The notes: generated by a model from the letters alone, not told the origin. DNA of 63,149 nucleotides, filler included, from Octopus bimaculoides (GCF_001194135.2; 6 parts of 5 records of this genome joined end to end with filler, not necessarily neighbours in it); one strand, 5' to 3'; positions 38,472-50,021 are shown, counted from the first letter of the whole stretch. A program made the numbers and translations.

Positions 38472-38596
38472 GAAAAAATGAATAGAAATGGTTTTTTCTG
38501 ATAATTTTTCCACTTTAATAATTAGATCTTTATTTATAAACGTCTTATTATTAAAGTGGAAAAATTATCAGAAAAACCATTTCTATTCATCTTTTC
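38472..38596. repeat. Near-perfect AT-rich hairpin (~48-bp arms, ~25-nt spacer)
   Basis: gaaaaaatgaatagaaatgg...ccactttaata versus tattaaagtgg...ccatttctattcatcttttc; one mismatch and one indel. Confidence 0.9.
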
Positions 38597-39299
38597 AAAT
38601 ATATAGAAATGCGCACACACACGCATATATGCAAGTATATACATATATTTACATATACGTGTATGTGTGTATGTGATTGTGTGTCTGTGTATGTGTGTGC
38701 ATGTGTGTGTGTGCGTGCGTGCGTGTGTGCTTCTGTGTGTGTCTTCATTTAGTAGACTCAGTTATTTCACAAGAAATAATCGTGTCTTCATATTTAGCAA
38801 TATTAGAAACGTAAATCTGAAAATAAGGAATTATTTTAAAAAATAATATGTATAGAATTCACATAGCTAATATTTTATTTTCTTTAATTATAAAGCAGCG
38901 CTTGAAGATTTTAATCGGTGATAATCGTGTATACTATAATTTCAGTCCTTTTAGAAATCGTCAGCATGATATAATCTGTGATTCGTATATTAAACATTTT
39001 GTGAAGATAATCTTTTCATTGCAGATGGAAAGTAATTAGTCTGGACAAAATTCCTGGAAGGCTGTTTTTCTTTTCTTTGTCTATACAGCATCAGCAGTTA
39101 AGCAATTACATATGTGTGTGTATGTACATATATAATGTGTATGTACATATATAAATGTATTATGTCGTTACATATATAAATGTATTATGTCGTTACATAT
39201 ACATATATATGTATATGATGTGGGAGAATGTACGAAAAAACAACAACAGACGAGGACAGGTGGTGTAAATAACAAAAGGATGTAATAATCGTTTACTCT

Positions 39300-39683
39300 T
39301 TTACTCTTTTACTCTTTTACTTGTTTCAGTCATTTGACTGTGGCCATGCTAGAGCACCGTGTTTAGTCGAGCAAATCGACCCCAGGACTTATTCTTTGGA
39401 AGCCTATTACTTATTCTATCGGTATCTTTTGCCGAACCGCTAAGTTACGGGGACATAAACACACCAGCATCTGTTGTCAAGCGATGTTGGGGGAACAAAC
39501 ACAGACACACAAACACATACACACATACATATATATATACATATATACGACGGGCTTCTTTCAGTTTCCGTCTACCAAATCCACTCACAAGGCTTTGGTC
39601 GGCCCGAGGCTATAGTAGAAGACACTTGCCCAAGATGTCACGCAATGGGACTGAACCCGGAACCATGTGATTCGTAAGTAAGC
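39300..39683 (-). mobile_element. tRNA-SINE (family of 56731-57165)
   Basis: Near full-length antisense copy with internal CA/TA microsatellite. Confidence 0.85.
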
Positions 39684-40109
39684 TACATGCATATATGGGT
39701 ACAGGACATCAAAAAACGTCAACAAAATGAGAAACGAGAACATGAAGAACAAAACACAGAAAACGAACTTTTTTAATCGAACAACGAAAAAAAACAAATA
39801 GAAAACGAGACAGGCGACATAAATAACATTCCCTTCATCAGTTGTCCCTGTTTTATATACTCCGCGTTTCGAAGGCAGGGACAAGAGGCGACTTCGTTAA
39901 AACAGTCCTGTCCCTACCTTCGAAACGCGGTGTAGATAAAACAGGGGGCAACTGATGAAGGGAATGTTCTTTATGTTGCCTGTCGCGTTTCTCTATTTGT
40001 TTCTTTCGTTGTTCGAAAAAAAGTTCGTTTTCTATGTTTTTGTTTTATATGTTCTCGTTTCTCTTTTTGTTGGCGTTTGTTTGATGTCCTGTACCCATAT
40101 ATGCATGTA
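39684..40109. mobile_element. Foldback MITE with ~190-bp inverted arms
   Basis: tacatgcatatatgggtacaggacatc...ttcgaaggcagggaca versus tgtccctaccttcgaa...gatgtcctgtacccatatatgcatgta; TA at both ends. Confidence 0.88.
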
Positions 40110-41088
40110 TATATACATATATATGTAGGTATGTACATATATGTATGTATATATGCATATATTTATATATTATTTATATTATGCATTTGTTTGTATGTAT
40201 GTTTGTACATGTATATGCATGTGTATGTGTGTTTGTATGTGTATGTATATGTGTACGCATGTGTAAGTGCATGTATGCATGTGTATCTGTATACATATGT
40301 GTGTGTGTATGTGCATGTGTGAATGTATGTATATATATGCATGTATAAGTATGCATATATAAGTGCGTGTATGTATGTATGGAGCTTTGACTATTTAAAT
40401 GTGGTGCAGATTTATATGTGTATGTATATGCAAATATTTGTATGTTTGTATGTATGTCTGTGTACACGTGCAAATGTGTATGCATGAATGTATATCTATG
40501 TGTATATATATATGTATATATGTGTATATTTATATATATATATATATATGTGTGTGTATATATACATATGTGTGTCTATGTGTGTGCATTTATGTATGTG
40601 TGTATATGTGTTTGTGTATGCCTGTATGTATATGTACATGTATGTATGCATATATGTGTGTGTGTACATGCAAAGGTATAATGGTCAAGATGCATATACG
40701 TTTATTGGTATTTGTATATACATGTGTGTATGTGTATATAAGCATATATGTGTGTATGTTTGTGTGTGTGTATACACCATCCCACCTGTGAAAACTGAAT
40801 AGGTGGCCTCACCACACATATCAACTTTTGACAAGAATACAACAGTACTGACCATTCCCAAATTTTCTATTTCGTTATTCGTGATAGACTTAAATCTTTC
40901 CCCCACTGTTCTGAATTATTATCAATCTTTTTTTTTTAAAATTTTATTTTTATCTATATATTTATTTTTTGTCTTGATTTCATTTACTGTTTTCTCTTCT
41001 CCTTCCCCTTCTTTCTTCCTTCTTCTTGTGGTGCTTCTTCTTCTTCTTCTTCTTCTTCTTCTTCTTCTTCTTCTTCTTCACACATGCT

Positions 41089-41188
41089 NNNNNNNNNNNN
41101 NNNNNNNNNNNNNNNNNNNNNNNNNNNNNNNNTTAATTAATTAANNNNNNNNNNNNNNNNNNNNNNNNNNNNNNNNNNNNNNNNNNNN
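41089..41188. other. Artificial 100-bp scaffold linker
   Basis: 44 N + TTAATTAATTAA + 44 N. Confidence 0.92.
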
Positions 41189-41199
41189 TATATATATCA

Positions 41200-41528
41200 T
41201 CATCATTTAATGTCCGCTTTCCATGCTAGCATGGGTTGGACGATTTAACTGAGGACTGGTGAACCACATGGCTGCACCAGGCTCCAATCTGATCTGGCAA
41301 AGTTTCTACAGCTGAATGCCCTTCCCAACGCCAACCACTCTGAGAGTGTAGTGGGTGCTTTTATGTGCCTCCAGCACAAGGGCCAGTCTGGCGGTACTGG
41401 CAATGGCCACGCTCAAATGGTGTTTTTTACGTGCCACCTGCACAGGAGTCAGTCCAGCAGCACAGGCAACGACCTTGCTCAAATGTTTTGTTCACGTGCT
41501 ACTGGCACAAGTGTCAGTAAGGCGGCGC
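41200..41528 (-). mobile_element. RTE 3' UTR fragment with (GAT)n tail
   Basis: catcatcatttaatgtccgctttccatgctagcatggg... antisense to 6300-6740. Confidence 0.8.
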
Positions 41529-41533
41529 TGTGT

Positions 41534-41575
<42 letters not shown>

Positions 41576-41597
41576 ATGTTTATATATTTGTGTATGT

Positions 41598-41639
<42 letters not shown>

Positions 41640-42477
41640 ATGTATATATATGTATATATTTATATACATGTGTATATATAAAACATCATCTACTTCAAAA
41701 ACAACTGACAAACAGTCTAGTTCTCAGCTTGAAAAAATCCAGAATAAATTAATGTTTCAACGAGGAAACCCTGGGTAGCTGTATCTCACAAGACTTCTGG
41801 TTTTTACTTATAACATTATTTTGTCCTCTCTTAGCTGATTGAGTGCAATTCAACTTATGTTGTTGGTACTGCTGTTAACTCCTATCCAAGTGATTGAGCC
41901 TCCTCATCTTGACAGGTGCAAAGGGTGCTGGTGCCTGAGGTGACAGTTCAGGCTAAGCATGTTACATGTATTTATGTAGGTGTATATATACAAAATTTGT
42001 TTAAGCATGCAGTTGATAGTGAATCCTTGTTACTGATGATGTGTAAAGATGCTGAAATCCTGATTAATTTCAGCACCTCTACTGGATGCTCTTCATCTGC
42101 GACTGATACATCTCTGTGCTTTTCAGCACTAGGCATCTATATGAAAAACTTTCTCAAGGTGAATACTGCAGTTTTGTGGATAATGATTGCATAATCCCTG
42201 TTCAATAATGTATGCAGACTTATTTTGAACCAGTATTGCTTCTATCATCAATAATGAATGGATAGAGAAATACGTAGGCTGGCAAGCAGATAATTAGATA
42301 GATATTAATGAAGTAAAGGTTGTTTGCCAACATGATATGGCAGTCCTGGTTTAGGACGAATATTACTTTAATTTAGCCCTTGGAGACATCATCTCCAGGT
42401 GGCTATATGACATGATCTGTATCCTTATATTTTCAAACAAGGGAATCTAGCACCCGCCACCCAGCTCAAAACAATAT

Positions 42478-42520
42478 CTGTGTATCGCGATTTCTGGGTT
42501 ATTTCTCTTCATCAGCACAA
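42478..42520 (-). ncRNA. Degenerate minimal hammerhead fold within a Penelope-like repeat (~42310-42560)
   Basis: UUGUG-CUGAUGA-A-GAG(aaauaa)CCC-A-GAAA-UCGCGA-UA|CACAG. Stem I and palindromic stem III intact; stem II disrupted. Confidence 0.5.
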
Positions 42521-42607
42521 TAATTGTTTGGCTAGAGGTGACGCTGCCAAATTCCCGTTCGAAATGTATAATTTTCAAAGTAACAACTAGTCACTGATTT
42601 ATAAATT

Positions 42608-42760
42608 AGAAAATTACTATTTTTAAATCTCACAACGAGAGATATTCAGCAACAGTACTTTGTAGTAAAGATTGTTTGCCAACATAACATGGCAGTCCTG
42701 GTTTAGTCCTAAACCAGGACTGCCATGTTATGTTGTGAGATTTAAAAATAGTAATCTTCT
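42608..42760. repeat. Nested foldback A-X-B-B'-A'
   Basis: Perfect 26-bp inverted repeat 42681-42706 / 42709-42734, plus 29-bp inverted repeat 42608-42636 / 42732-42760 with one mismatch. Confidence 0.92.
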
Positions 42761-42903
42761 GGTATTAATGAAATATCAATGGTGATGATATGCACACACA
42801 CACATATACCCTTCTGTAATTTCTAGCAACTTCCATTTTCTATTTTCTAGTATCCATAAATCTTAACTCCTGTTTCTTCAAAATATTTTCTTTCTCTCCC
42901 CAG

Positions 42904-43053
42904 AGTCGAATCATGCGTGATATGAGTCGCACCAGTGCACAAGGTGTTAGTCGTTCCCTGGGATATGGTTTTGTGAGCTTCCAAGAACACCAACATGCTT
43001 TGACTGCTCTTCGAAATACAAATAATAACCCAGATGTCTTTGGTTCAGATAAA
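42904..43053 (+). CDS. RBM28: RBM28 (Nop4 homolog) internal exon, C-terminal RRM (SRIMRD...SLGYGFVSFQEHQHALTALRNTNNNPDVFGSDK)
   Basis: Acceptor tttctctccccag, donor GTAAGC, 150 nt. Matches RBM28 SLGYAFxEFQEHEHALKALRxxNNNPEIFG. Confidence 0.95.
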
Positions 43054-43194
43054 GTAAGCAATCTTTTTACTAGACTCCATTTTGTGCTCAACCCTCCTCC
43101 TCCTCTTCATTGTAGATATCAAGGAGGAGGCAGAGATGAGGGGTCAACCCTTTTGTGTTCATATTACTGTCAACTGTAATTTATACCAGTATGC

Positions 43195-43335
43195 AACTGG
43201 TACTTAATTTATCAACCCCGAAAGGATGAAAGGCAAAGTCGACCTCGGAGGAATTTGAATTCTGAACATAAAGACAAACAAAATACTGCTTAGTATTTCA
43301 CCCAGCGTGCTAACGATTCTGCCAACTCACTGCCT
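43195..43335 (-). mobile_element. tRNA-derived SINE
   Basis: aactggtacttaatttatcaaccccgaaaggatgaaaggcaaagtcgacctcgg, as at 56215-56270. Confidence 0.75.
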
Positions 43336-44357
43336 ATACTTCTAAAAGTCTGTGATTGCTTCCATGCGTGCTTGTCTGTAATTTAATACAGCCAAACCGA
43401 TGCTTAATGGGAAAATACTCTGAATGTAAGAAACCCCTGAAATGTGAATACAAATGGAATAAAATAAAGTTTCATGTAAATTGAACCATAGATTCCTGAG
43501 ATACACAGTTTTTTGGGGGTTTGTTTCCACAAATTTAAGCAGTGAAACCTAGAGTTATTGGCCTTTATTGTGAACACTTAGATAGTTTTGTTNNNNNNNN
43601 NNNNNNNNNNNNNNNNNNNNNNNNNNNNNNNNNNNNNNNNNNNNNNNNNNNNNNNNNNNNNNNNNNNNNNNNNNNNNNNNNNNNNNNNNNNNNNNNNNNN
43701 NNNNNNNNNNNNNNNNNNNNNNNNNNNNNNNNNNNNNNNNNNNNNNNNNNNNNNNNNNNNNNNNNNNNNNNNNNNNNNNNNNNNNNNNNNNNNNNNNNNN
43801 NNNNNNNNNNNNNNNNNNNNNNNNNNNNNNNNNNNNNNNNNNNNNNNNNNNNNNNNNNNNNNNNNNNNNAGAAGGTTACAATTTTAACATCACAGATCCC
43901 TATGGATCACATAGGTTGTAATCCTTTGAAACATATGTAGGAATAAAGTATGCAGTTATAACATGCATTTTCTCCATTCCTTAAATTTTTAAATATACTC
44001 AAATACCCAAAATTTCAAGGAGTTTCTGCCTCAAAAACAGGAACTACACCACAGTTATTTTGTGTTCTTTGCTACCTTGGTTTCTATTAACCCATTTATT
44101 CTATCCGAAGAATTTTTATTCATTAAGATAGAAGAAATACATATAATTAAATATATATATATATATACCTCTGGCATTTGAGTACTCTTTTTTCCACCTT
44201 GTTGCACATTTATGTGCTTACTCCAGTGTGTATATCAACATCTCTTATCTGTTTGTATTATAACTTTATCAGATGTCACCATGTGGTAATATTCCATCAT
44301 CTAAAATATATATCAAGGGCTTCACTCCAGTTTTCAGTGTTTCATTCTATCTTTCAG

Positions 44358-44432
44358 AGACTTATTGTTGAATTTTCCTTGGAAAACAGGAAAGCTTTAG
44401 AAGTTAAACAGAAAAGATTGGATAAATCTAAG
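44358..44432 (+). CDS. RBM28: RBM28 exon (RLIVEFSLENRKALEVKQKRLDKSK)
   Basis: Acceptor tctttcag, donor GTAAGC, 75 nt, phase 0. Matches RPIVEFSLEDRRKL. Confidence 0.95.
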
Positions 44433-44764
44433 GTAAGCTGCTTTATTGTCGTCACAGGTGGTGGTCATGGTGCTGTTCATGGCAGTATTGGTGGTGGTAT
44501 TAGGGGTGGCTGCTATTTCTAGCATATCAATCAACCATGTTGAAGCATTCTCAGTCATTTTTTTCATATCGTGTAATTATTAAATGTTGGTTTTCGGGGA
44601 GGGGCAAGAAACTGAAGAATCATTGTGTGCATCATCATTTAACATCCTTATTCCTTGCTGGCATGGGTTTGACAAGAGCTGGGTAGCTAGAGTGCCACAC
44701 CAGGTTCCAGTGTCCCTTTTGGTTTGGTTTCCAATTTTGGGTGCCCTCTCTAACCCTTTTTTTT

Positions 44765-44965
44765 TCTTCGTTCAGTCATTTGAGTGCAGCCATGCTGGAG
44801 CACCGCCTTTAGTCGAACAAATCGACCCCAGCATTTATTCTTTGTTAAGCTTAGTACGTAGTCTATCGATCTCTTTTGCCAAACCGCTAAGTTACAGGGA
44901 TGTAAACACACCAACATCAGATTGTCAAATGATGGTGGGTAGGGGACAAATACAGACACACAAAT
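44765..44965 (-). mobile_element. tRNA-SINE 3' part (family of 56731)
   Basis: cagtcatttgagtgcagccatgctggagcaccgcctttagtcgaacaaatcgacccc. Confidence 0.75.
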
Positions 44966-44979
44966 ACATATATATATCA

Positions 44980-45780
44980 TCATCATCATCATCATCATCC
45001 TCATTGTTTAACGTCCGTTTTCCATGCTGGCATGGGTTGGATGGTTTGACTAAGGTCTGGAGAGCCAGCAGCTGCACCAGGCTCCCAATCTGATCTGGCA
45101 AAGTTTCTACACCTGGATGCCCTTCTTAACACCAACTACTCCAAGAGTGTAGTGGGTGCTTTTACATGCCACTGGCACGAGGGCCAGTCAGGCAGACTTG
45201 GCATCAACCACTTTCAGATGGTGCTTTTTATGTGCCACTGGCATGAGAGCCAGTCTGGGGGTACTGACTTTGGCCACATTTGGTTAGTGCTTTTTACGTG
45301 CTACCGACATGGTAGCCAGTCAAGTGGACCTGGCATTGACCATGTTTGGATGGTGCTTTTTATGTGCCACCAGCACGGGAGCCAGCCAAGAGCAGCGGCC
45401 CTAGCTATGATATTGGTTTTACTTGACTCAACAGGTCTTCTCAAGCATATTATATAGCCCAACACATTAAGGTATTCTTAACAGGGCCGCACAAGCGTGG
45501 ATGTGATCTCACTTTAGTTGCTGGGTCTTCTCAATCATAGTACATCCTCAAAGGTCCCGGTCTCCTGTCATTGCCTCTGGGAGGCCCAGTGTTCGAAGGT
45601 CATGCTTCACCACCTCATCCCATGTCTTCCTGGGTCTACCTCTTCCACAGTTAGGAAGTGGCACTTCCTCACACAGCTGTCTTCATTCATACATAACACA
45701 TGACCATACCAGCGCAGTCGCCTCTCTTGCACACCACATTTGATGCTTCTTATGCCCAACTTTTCTCTCAGGGCGCTCAT
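44980..45780 (-). mobile_element. RTE LINE 3' end: ORF end, 3' UTR with about four ~65-bp units, (GAT)n tail
   Basis: LREKLGIRSIKCGVQERRLRWYGHV...GRHGMRW, then the UTR. Confidence 0.85.
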
Positions 45781-46107
45781 ATATATATATATATATACAC
45801 ATATATACAACGGGCTTNNNNNNNNNNNNNNNNNNNNNNNNNNNNNNNNNNNNNNNNNNNNNNNNNNNNNNNNNNNNNNNNNNNNNNNNNNNNNNNNNNN
45901 NNNNNNNNNNNNNNNNNNNNNNNNNNNNNNNNNNNNNNNNNNNNNNNNNNNNNNNNNNNNNNNNNNNNNNNNNNNNNNNNNNNNNNNNNNNNNNNNNNNN
46001 NNNNNNNNNNNNNNNNNNNNNNNNNNNNNNNNNNNNNNNNNNNNNNNNNNNCGATATGTATGATTTATGATTTATTTATTTTTGTTCTTATTTCCTTGTG
46101 ACAACAG

Positions 46108-46347
46108 CAAGTTTTATCACAGAGGCAAAAGAAAGACATTTTTTCCAAGAAAGACAAGGGACAGCAGCCAACAGCCGGTGCCAAAAGAGAGAGATTCCAT
46201 GGTAAATCACAGAAACAGAAAATAATGCCATCGCATTTGGGACCAAAGAATCGTCATAGAGACAAAGGATTGCCTGTCGCTAAAGCAGGGAGGAAGATTA
46301 AAGAGAAAAGGATCAGAGAATTCCAAAGCAACCAAAAACAGAGTCAA
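46108..46347 (+). CDS. RBM28: RBM28 exon (QVLSQRQKK...MPSHLGPKNRHRDKG...QKQSQ)
   Basis: Acceptor caacag, donor GTACGT, 240 nt open frame. PSHxGPKxRxRDKG is conserved in RBM28. Confidence 0.9.
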
Positions 46348-46475
46348 GTACGTGTTATTTTTATCTTTTACTTGTTTCAGTCATTAGAATGTGGCCATGC
46401 TGGGGCACCACATTGAAGAATTTTAGTCGAATGAACTGACCCCAGTACTTAAATTTTTGTAAGTTTTAGTACTTA

Positions 46476-46636
46476 CCGTATTTTAACATGTATAAGGAAC
46501 CCGTTTTTTGTCAAAAATTAGGTTAAAAAAAATCTGGGAGTTTCTTGTACATGGATAGCATAATCCCTTACAAAACCGTTTTTCCAAATTTTAAACCTCA
46601 AAAATTACGGGGTTCCTTATACACATTAAAATACAG
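46476..46636. mobile_element. Tc1/pogo-type MITE with ~28-bp TIRs and TA TSD, nested in an antisense SINE (46360-46745)
   Basis: TA|CCGTATTTTAACATGTATAAGGAACCC ... GGGTTCCTTATACACATTAAAATACAG|TA. SINE sequence resumes on both sides. Confidence 0.85.
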
Positions 46637-46949
46637 TATTTTATCAGTCTTTTTTGCTGGACTGCTAATTGACAGGGATGTAAACATACCAACACCGGTT
46701 GTCAACTAGTTGGTGGGAAACAAACACAGACACAAAGAAACACACACATGTTAGACTTCTGAACTCAACACGTTTTTTTCTTTCATTCTCTCTCTATTTA
46801 TTTCTGCTTATTCTTTCCTGTCGAAGAGCATTGGCTCAAAATGTAAAAAAACTCTTAGAATATCAAATGTACATACACCTCAAATTCATGTTGTTCTGCA
46901 TTTGCACCTATCCCTCCACATTAATTACTGGTTTGTCTTGCTTTTTCAG

Positions 46950-47036
46950 AAACCACAAAAAAGAAAAGCATTGTCAGATACCTTTGATTCAATGGTTGCA
47001 AAATACAAAAAGAAGATGTTAAACATGTCGTCATAG
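46950..47036 (+). CDS. RBM28: RBM28 terminal coding exon (KPQKRKALSDTFDSMVAKYKKKMLNMSS*)
   Basis: Acceptor ttgctttttcag, phase 0. FxxxVxxYKxKxL matches the RBM28 C-terminus. Stop TAG ends at 47036. Confidence 0.88.
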   Translation, partial: KPQKRKALSDTFDSMVAKYKKKMLNMSS

Positions 47037-47232
47037 GCCATGTATTGATTGCACTGTCTTTGCTTTTTATGGTGAGAAACCATTGAGTGTGTGTGGTTCA
47101 ATCACGTTATCATCTTCATCATAGTGAAGGAGATTTTTCCCTCATTCAGCTACAGAACATTTTTAACACCAACAAATTCAAATGCAGATTTATATCGCTT
47201 GAAATGATGTCTTATTAAATATTACTGATTCA

Positions 47233-47238
47233 AATAAA
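47233..47238 (+). terminator. Candidate RBM28 polyadenylation signal AATAAA
   Basis: First AATAAA ~200 nt after the stop; U-rich sequence downstream. Confidence 0.55.
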
Positions 47239-47517
47239 ATCTGACATTGTTATCCAAACCAATACAAGGTTCTATTTTCTTATTGTTTTCCTTTTCAGTC
47301 ACATTATCTTCTTACAGCTATAAATCTGTTTCTCTTTGTAATACCACACCCTCTGTCATCCATCCCCCCACACCTAAATCCACATTCTCGCTCCTATTCT
47401 TTTCTCGTTCACGAAGCCTCCTTTAGTCTCTTCATTCTTGCAAGTTACTCAGTGACCTCACTAATGCTAGTGCTACAAAGCAAAAGCACTCAGTAGACTC
47501 TGCTGCTCCCACCGAGT

Positions 47518-48110
47518 CATCATCATCATCATTTAACGTCCACTTTCCATGCTGGCATGGGTTGGACGATTTGACTGAGGACTGGCAAGCCAGATGGCTG
47601 CACTAGGCTCCAATCTGATTTGGCAGAGTTTCTACAGCTGGATGCCCTTCCTAACGCCAACCACTCCAAGAGTGTAGTGGGTGCTTTTTACATGCCACAG
47701 GCATGAAGGCCAGTCATACGGTACTGGCAACAGCCTCACTCAAAAGGTGTTTTTTATGTGCCGCCTACATGGGAGCCAGTCCAGCGGCACTGGCAACAAC
47801 CTCGCTTGAATGATTTTCTAATGTGCCACCACCACAAGTGCTAGAAGGTGACTCTGGTAACGATTACGCTCAAATGGTGCTATTTACGAGCCACTAACAC
47901 GGAAGCCAGACAGCTGCTCTGGCAATTAACACGCTCGGACAGTGCTGTCAGTGCACCACTGTCGCAGGTGCCAGTCATCGTGTATGGTTCAATTACGATT
48001 TCGATTCCAATTTCACTTGCCCCAACAGGTCTTCGCAAGCAGAGTTTAGTGTTCAATGAAGGAGAGGTTGGCATGGGTGCCAGTCGTTGGATTTGGTTCG
48101 AGTCATCGTT
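47518..48110 (-). mobile_element. RTE 3' UTR copy with tandem units
   Basis: catcatcatcatttaacgtcc...aacaggtcttcgcaagcagagttt, antisense to 6200-6740. Confidence 0.8.
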
Positions 48111-48354
48111 GAAAATGGTTTAAATGGATTACATAGTTCCTCATCAGAATCTTAATATTCTTCAGTATATAGACGAAGTCTATTGCTTCCATCAACAACT
48201 TAGAGAACCATATGCATTAACCAGATCCAGCCGTATGATGTTCAGACCCTTTTACTCTTCTTTGCATCTTGTAATGTATGTTCTACACATACATGCAGGA
48301 ATTGTGGCGATTCCGGCATTCAGGACACTTTCATCCACAAAGCCATTATCTTGT

Positions 48355-48680
48355 TATCATCATTTAACGTCTGCTTTCCATGCTGGCATGGGTTAGACGG
48401 TTTGACTGGAACTGGTAAGCTAAGGAGCTGCAGTAGGTTCCAGTTTGATTTGGCATGGTTTCCATGGCTGGATGCCCTTCCTGATGCCAACCACTGCAAT
48501 AGTGTAATGGGTGCTTTTTACATGCCACCAGCATGGGTGCCATTTACATGACACTGGCAACGGCCACAACTACGATTTCACTTGGCTTGACAAGCTTTCT
48601 CAAGTACAGTATATCGCCAATGGTCTCTGTCACTTGTAGTTGCCTCCGAGAGGCCTGACATTTGAAGATCTTGAACACAA
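48355..48680 (-). mobile_element. RTE 3' UTR copy
   Basis: Same family as 47518. Confidence 0.7.
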
Positions 48681-48719
48681 AGTCCCATGACTCCAAGGAT
48701 CTTTTTCTTTCCAAGAGCT

Positions 48720-49735
48720 GAAAACATTCCCCCCCATCTTCCTCCCAGTTCTACAAGCTCAGAGCTGGCACTGTGAAAGGTAGGTCTGGAGAGATACTTG
48801 AGATGTTTGAGTGGAGACGTAGATGTGTGCTGTGTTCAAGAGGTATGATGGAGGGTAGCCTCAGCTAGACTGCTTACGGGCAAAGAACATAGATACAAAT
48901 TTTTCTGGGAAGGCAACAATGAAGGCCTAGGTGGTGTAGGTATTCTACTAGCAGTGAAATGGATGGATAAGGTCATTGAGGTAGTTAGAGATGTGATAGG
49001 ATTATTAAGCTAAGAATAACTGTGACATCTCTGCAACTGTTTTGCACACCGGATTTGCAGATGCTCAAAAGGACCATTTCTACGAATCTTTTCTGAGGAT
49101 CACCTTGACGACGACATTCTCATCATAGCAGCGACTTCAATGGACATGTTGGACATGGCAGCTATGGCTTTGCTTCCAGAAATGAGGAGGGGACAAAGCT
49201 ACTGGAGTTTTACTATGCTCATGGCTTACTGGTCTGCAACACCAACTTCAGAAAAACCGCCAACCATCTGATCACTTATCAATCTGGGGGACACACTGGC
49301 CAGATTGAATACATCCTCACCAGACAGGGGTAAATATATGCTCATAAATGCAAGATTCTTCCCAGGGGAAGAATGTATAACTCAACATAAGCTAGTGATT
49401 TGTGATTTCAGGCATAGGGCCAGAAAGATTCTGAGACACAAGTCAATATGGAGCCCAAGGGTCGCTCAAATGGGCAAAAATTTAGAGATATCCTCAATGA
49501 GACTTATGATGAGGAGGGAGATATAGATATATGATGCAGAGGACAACTGGAGGTTCTTACGGGACAGTCTTCTAACGGCAACAGACCAAGGGTGATGTGG
49601 TGGTGGAACAGTAACGTTGATAGGGCCATAAAGGAGAAAAGAGTGGGGTGATGACAAGGATCTTATCAGAAACAAACTAACCAGATTGAATACATCCTCA
49701 CCAGACGGGGATAAATATATGCTCATAAATGCATA
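48720..49735 (+). mobile_element. Degenerate RTE LINE 5' region (APE endonuclease)
   Basis: GKEHRYKFFWEGNNEGLGGVGILL...DRIIKL; DFNGHVG-, GLLVCNTNF- and QIEYILT-like remnants. Confidence 0.8.
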
Positions 49736-49817
49736 GACTCGGCTGAGTCTATTATCAAGATTGTGCCGCCTCCCTCCCTTAACAGGGAAAGGAAAGCTTG
49801 TTTTTTTTTCTGTGTAG

Positions 49818-50021
49818 TAGCCACACTGAAAGAAACAGTATGGAAGACACAAGTAAGCGGGATAGTGGTAGGTACCTTCGTCTCTCCGGCCAAGGGCTGG
49901 TCAACTTTTTTAGTTTCCACCTCGATAGTAAGATCAAGCTGGAGAAGAGATACCTGTCACTGGATATATTCGCGAAAAGATGGAAGCCAGTCATGAACTT
50001 GCTGCGAGTGACTGGAACCAG
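49818..50021 (+). CDS. Candidate 204-nt phase 2-2 coding exon of an unidentified gene
   Basis: Polypyrimidine acceptor ttttttttttctgtgtag(tag), strong donor CAG|GTAAGT, open frame SHTERNSMEDTSKRDSGRYLRLSGQGLVNFFSFHLDSKIKLEKRYLSLDIFAKRWKPVMNLLRVTGT. Product not recognised. Confidence 0.4.

Noticed and set aside
39910-39970. GAAACGCG ... CTGATGAAGGG in the foldback MITE as a type II hammerhead
   Set aside because: Stems I and II cannot be formed without using core nucleotides.
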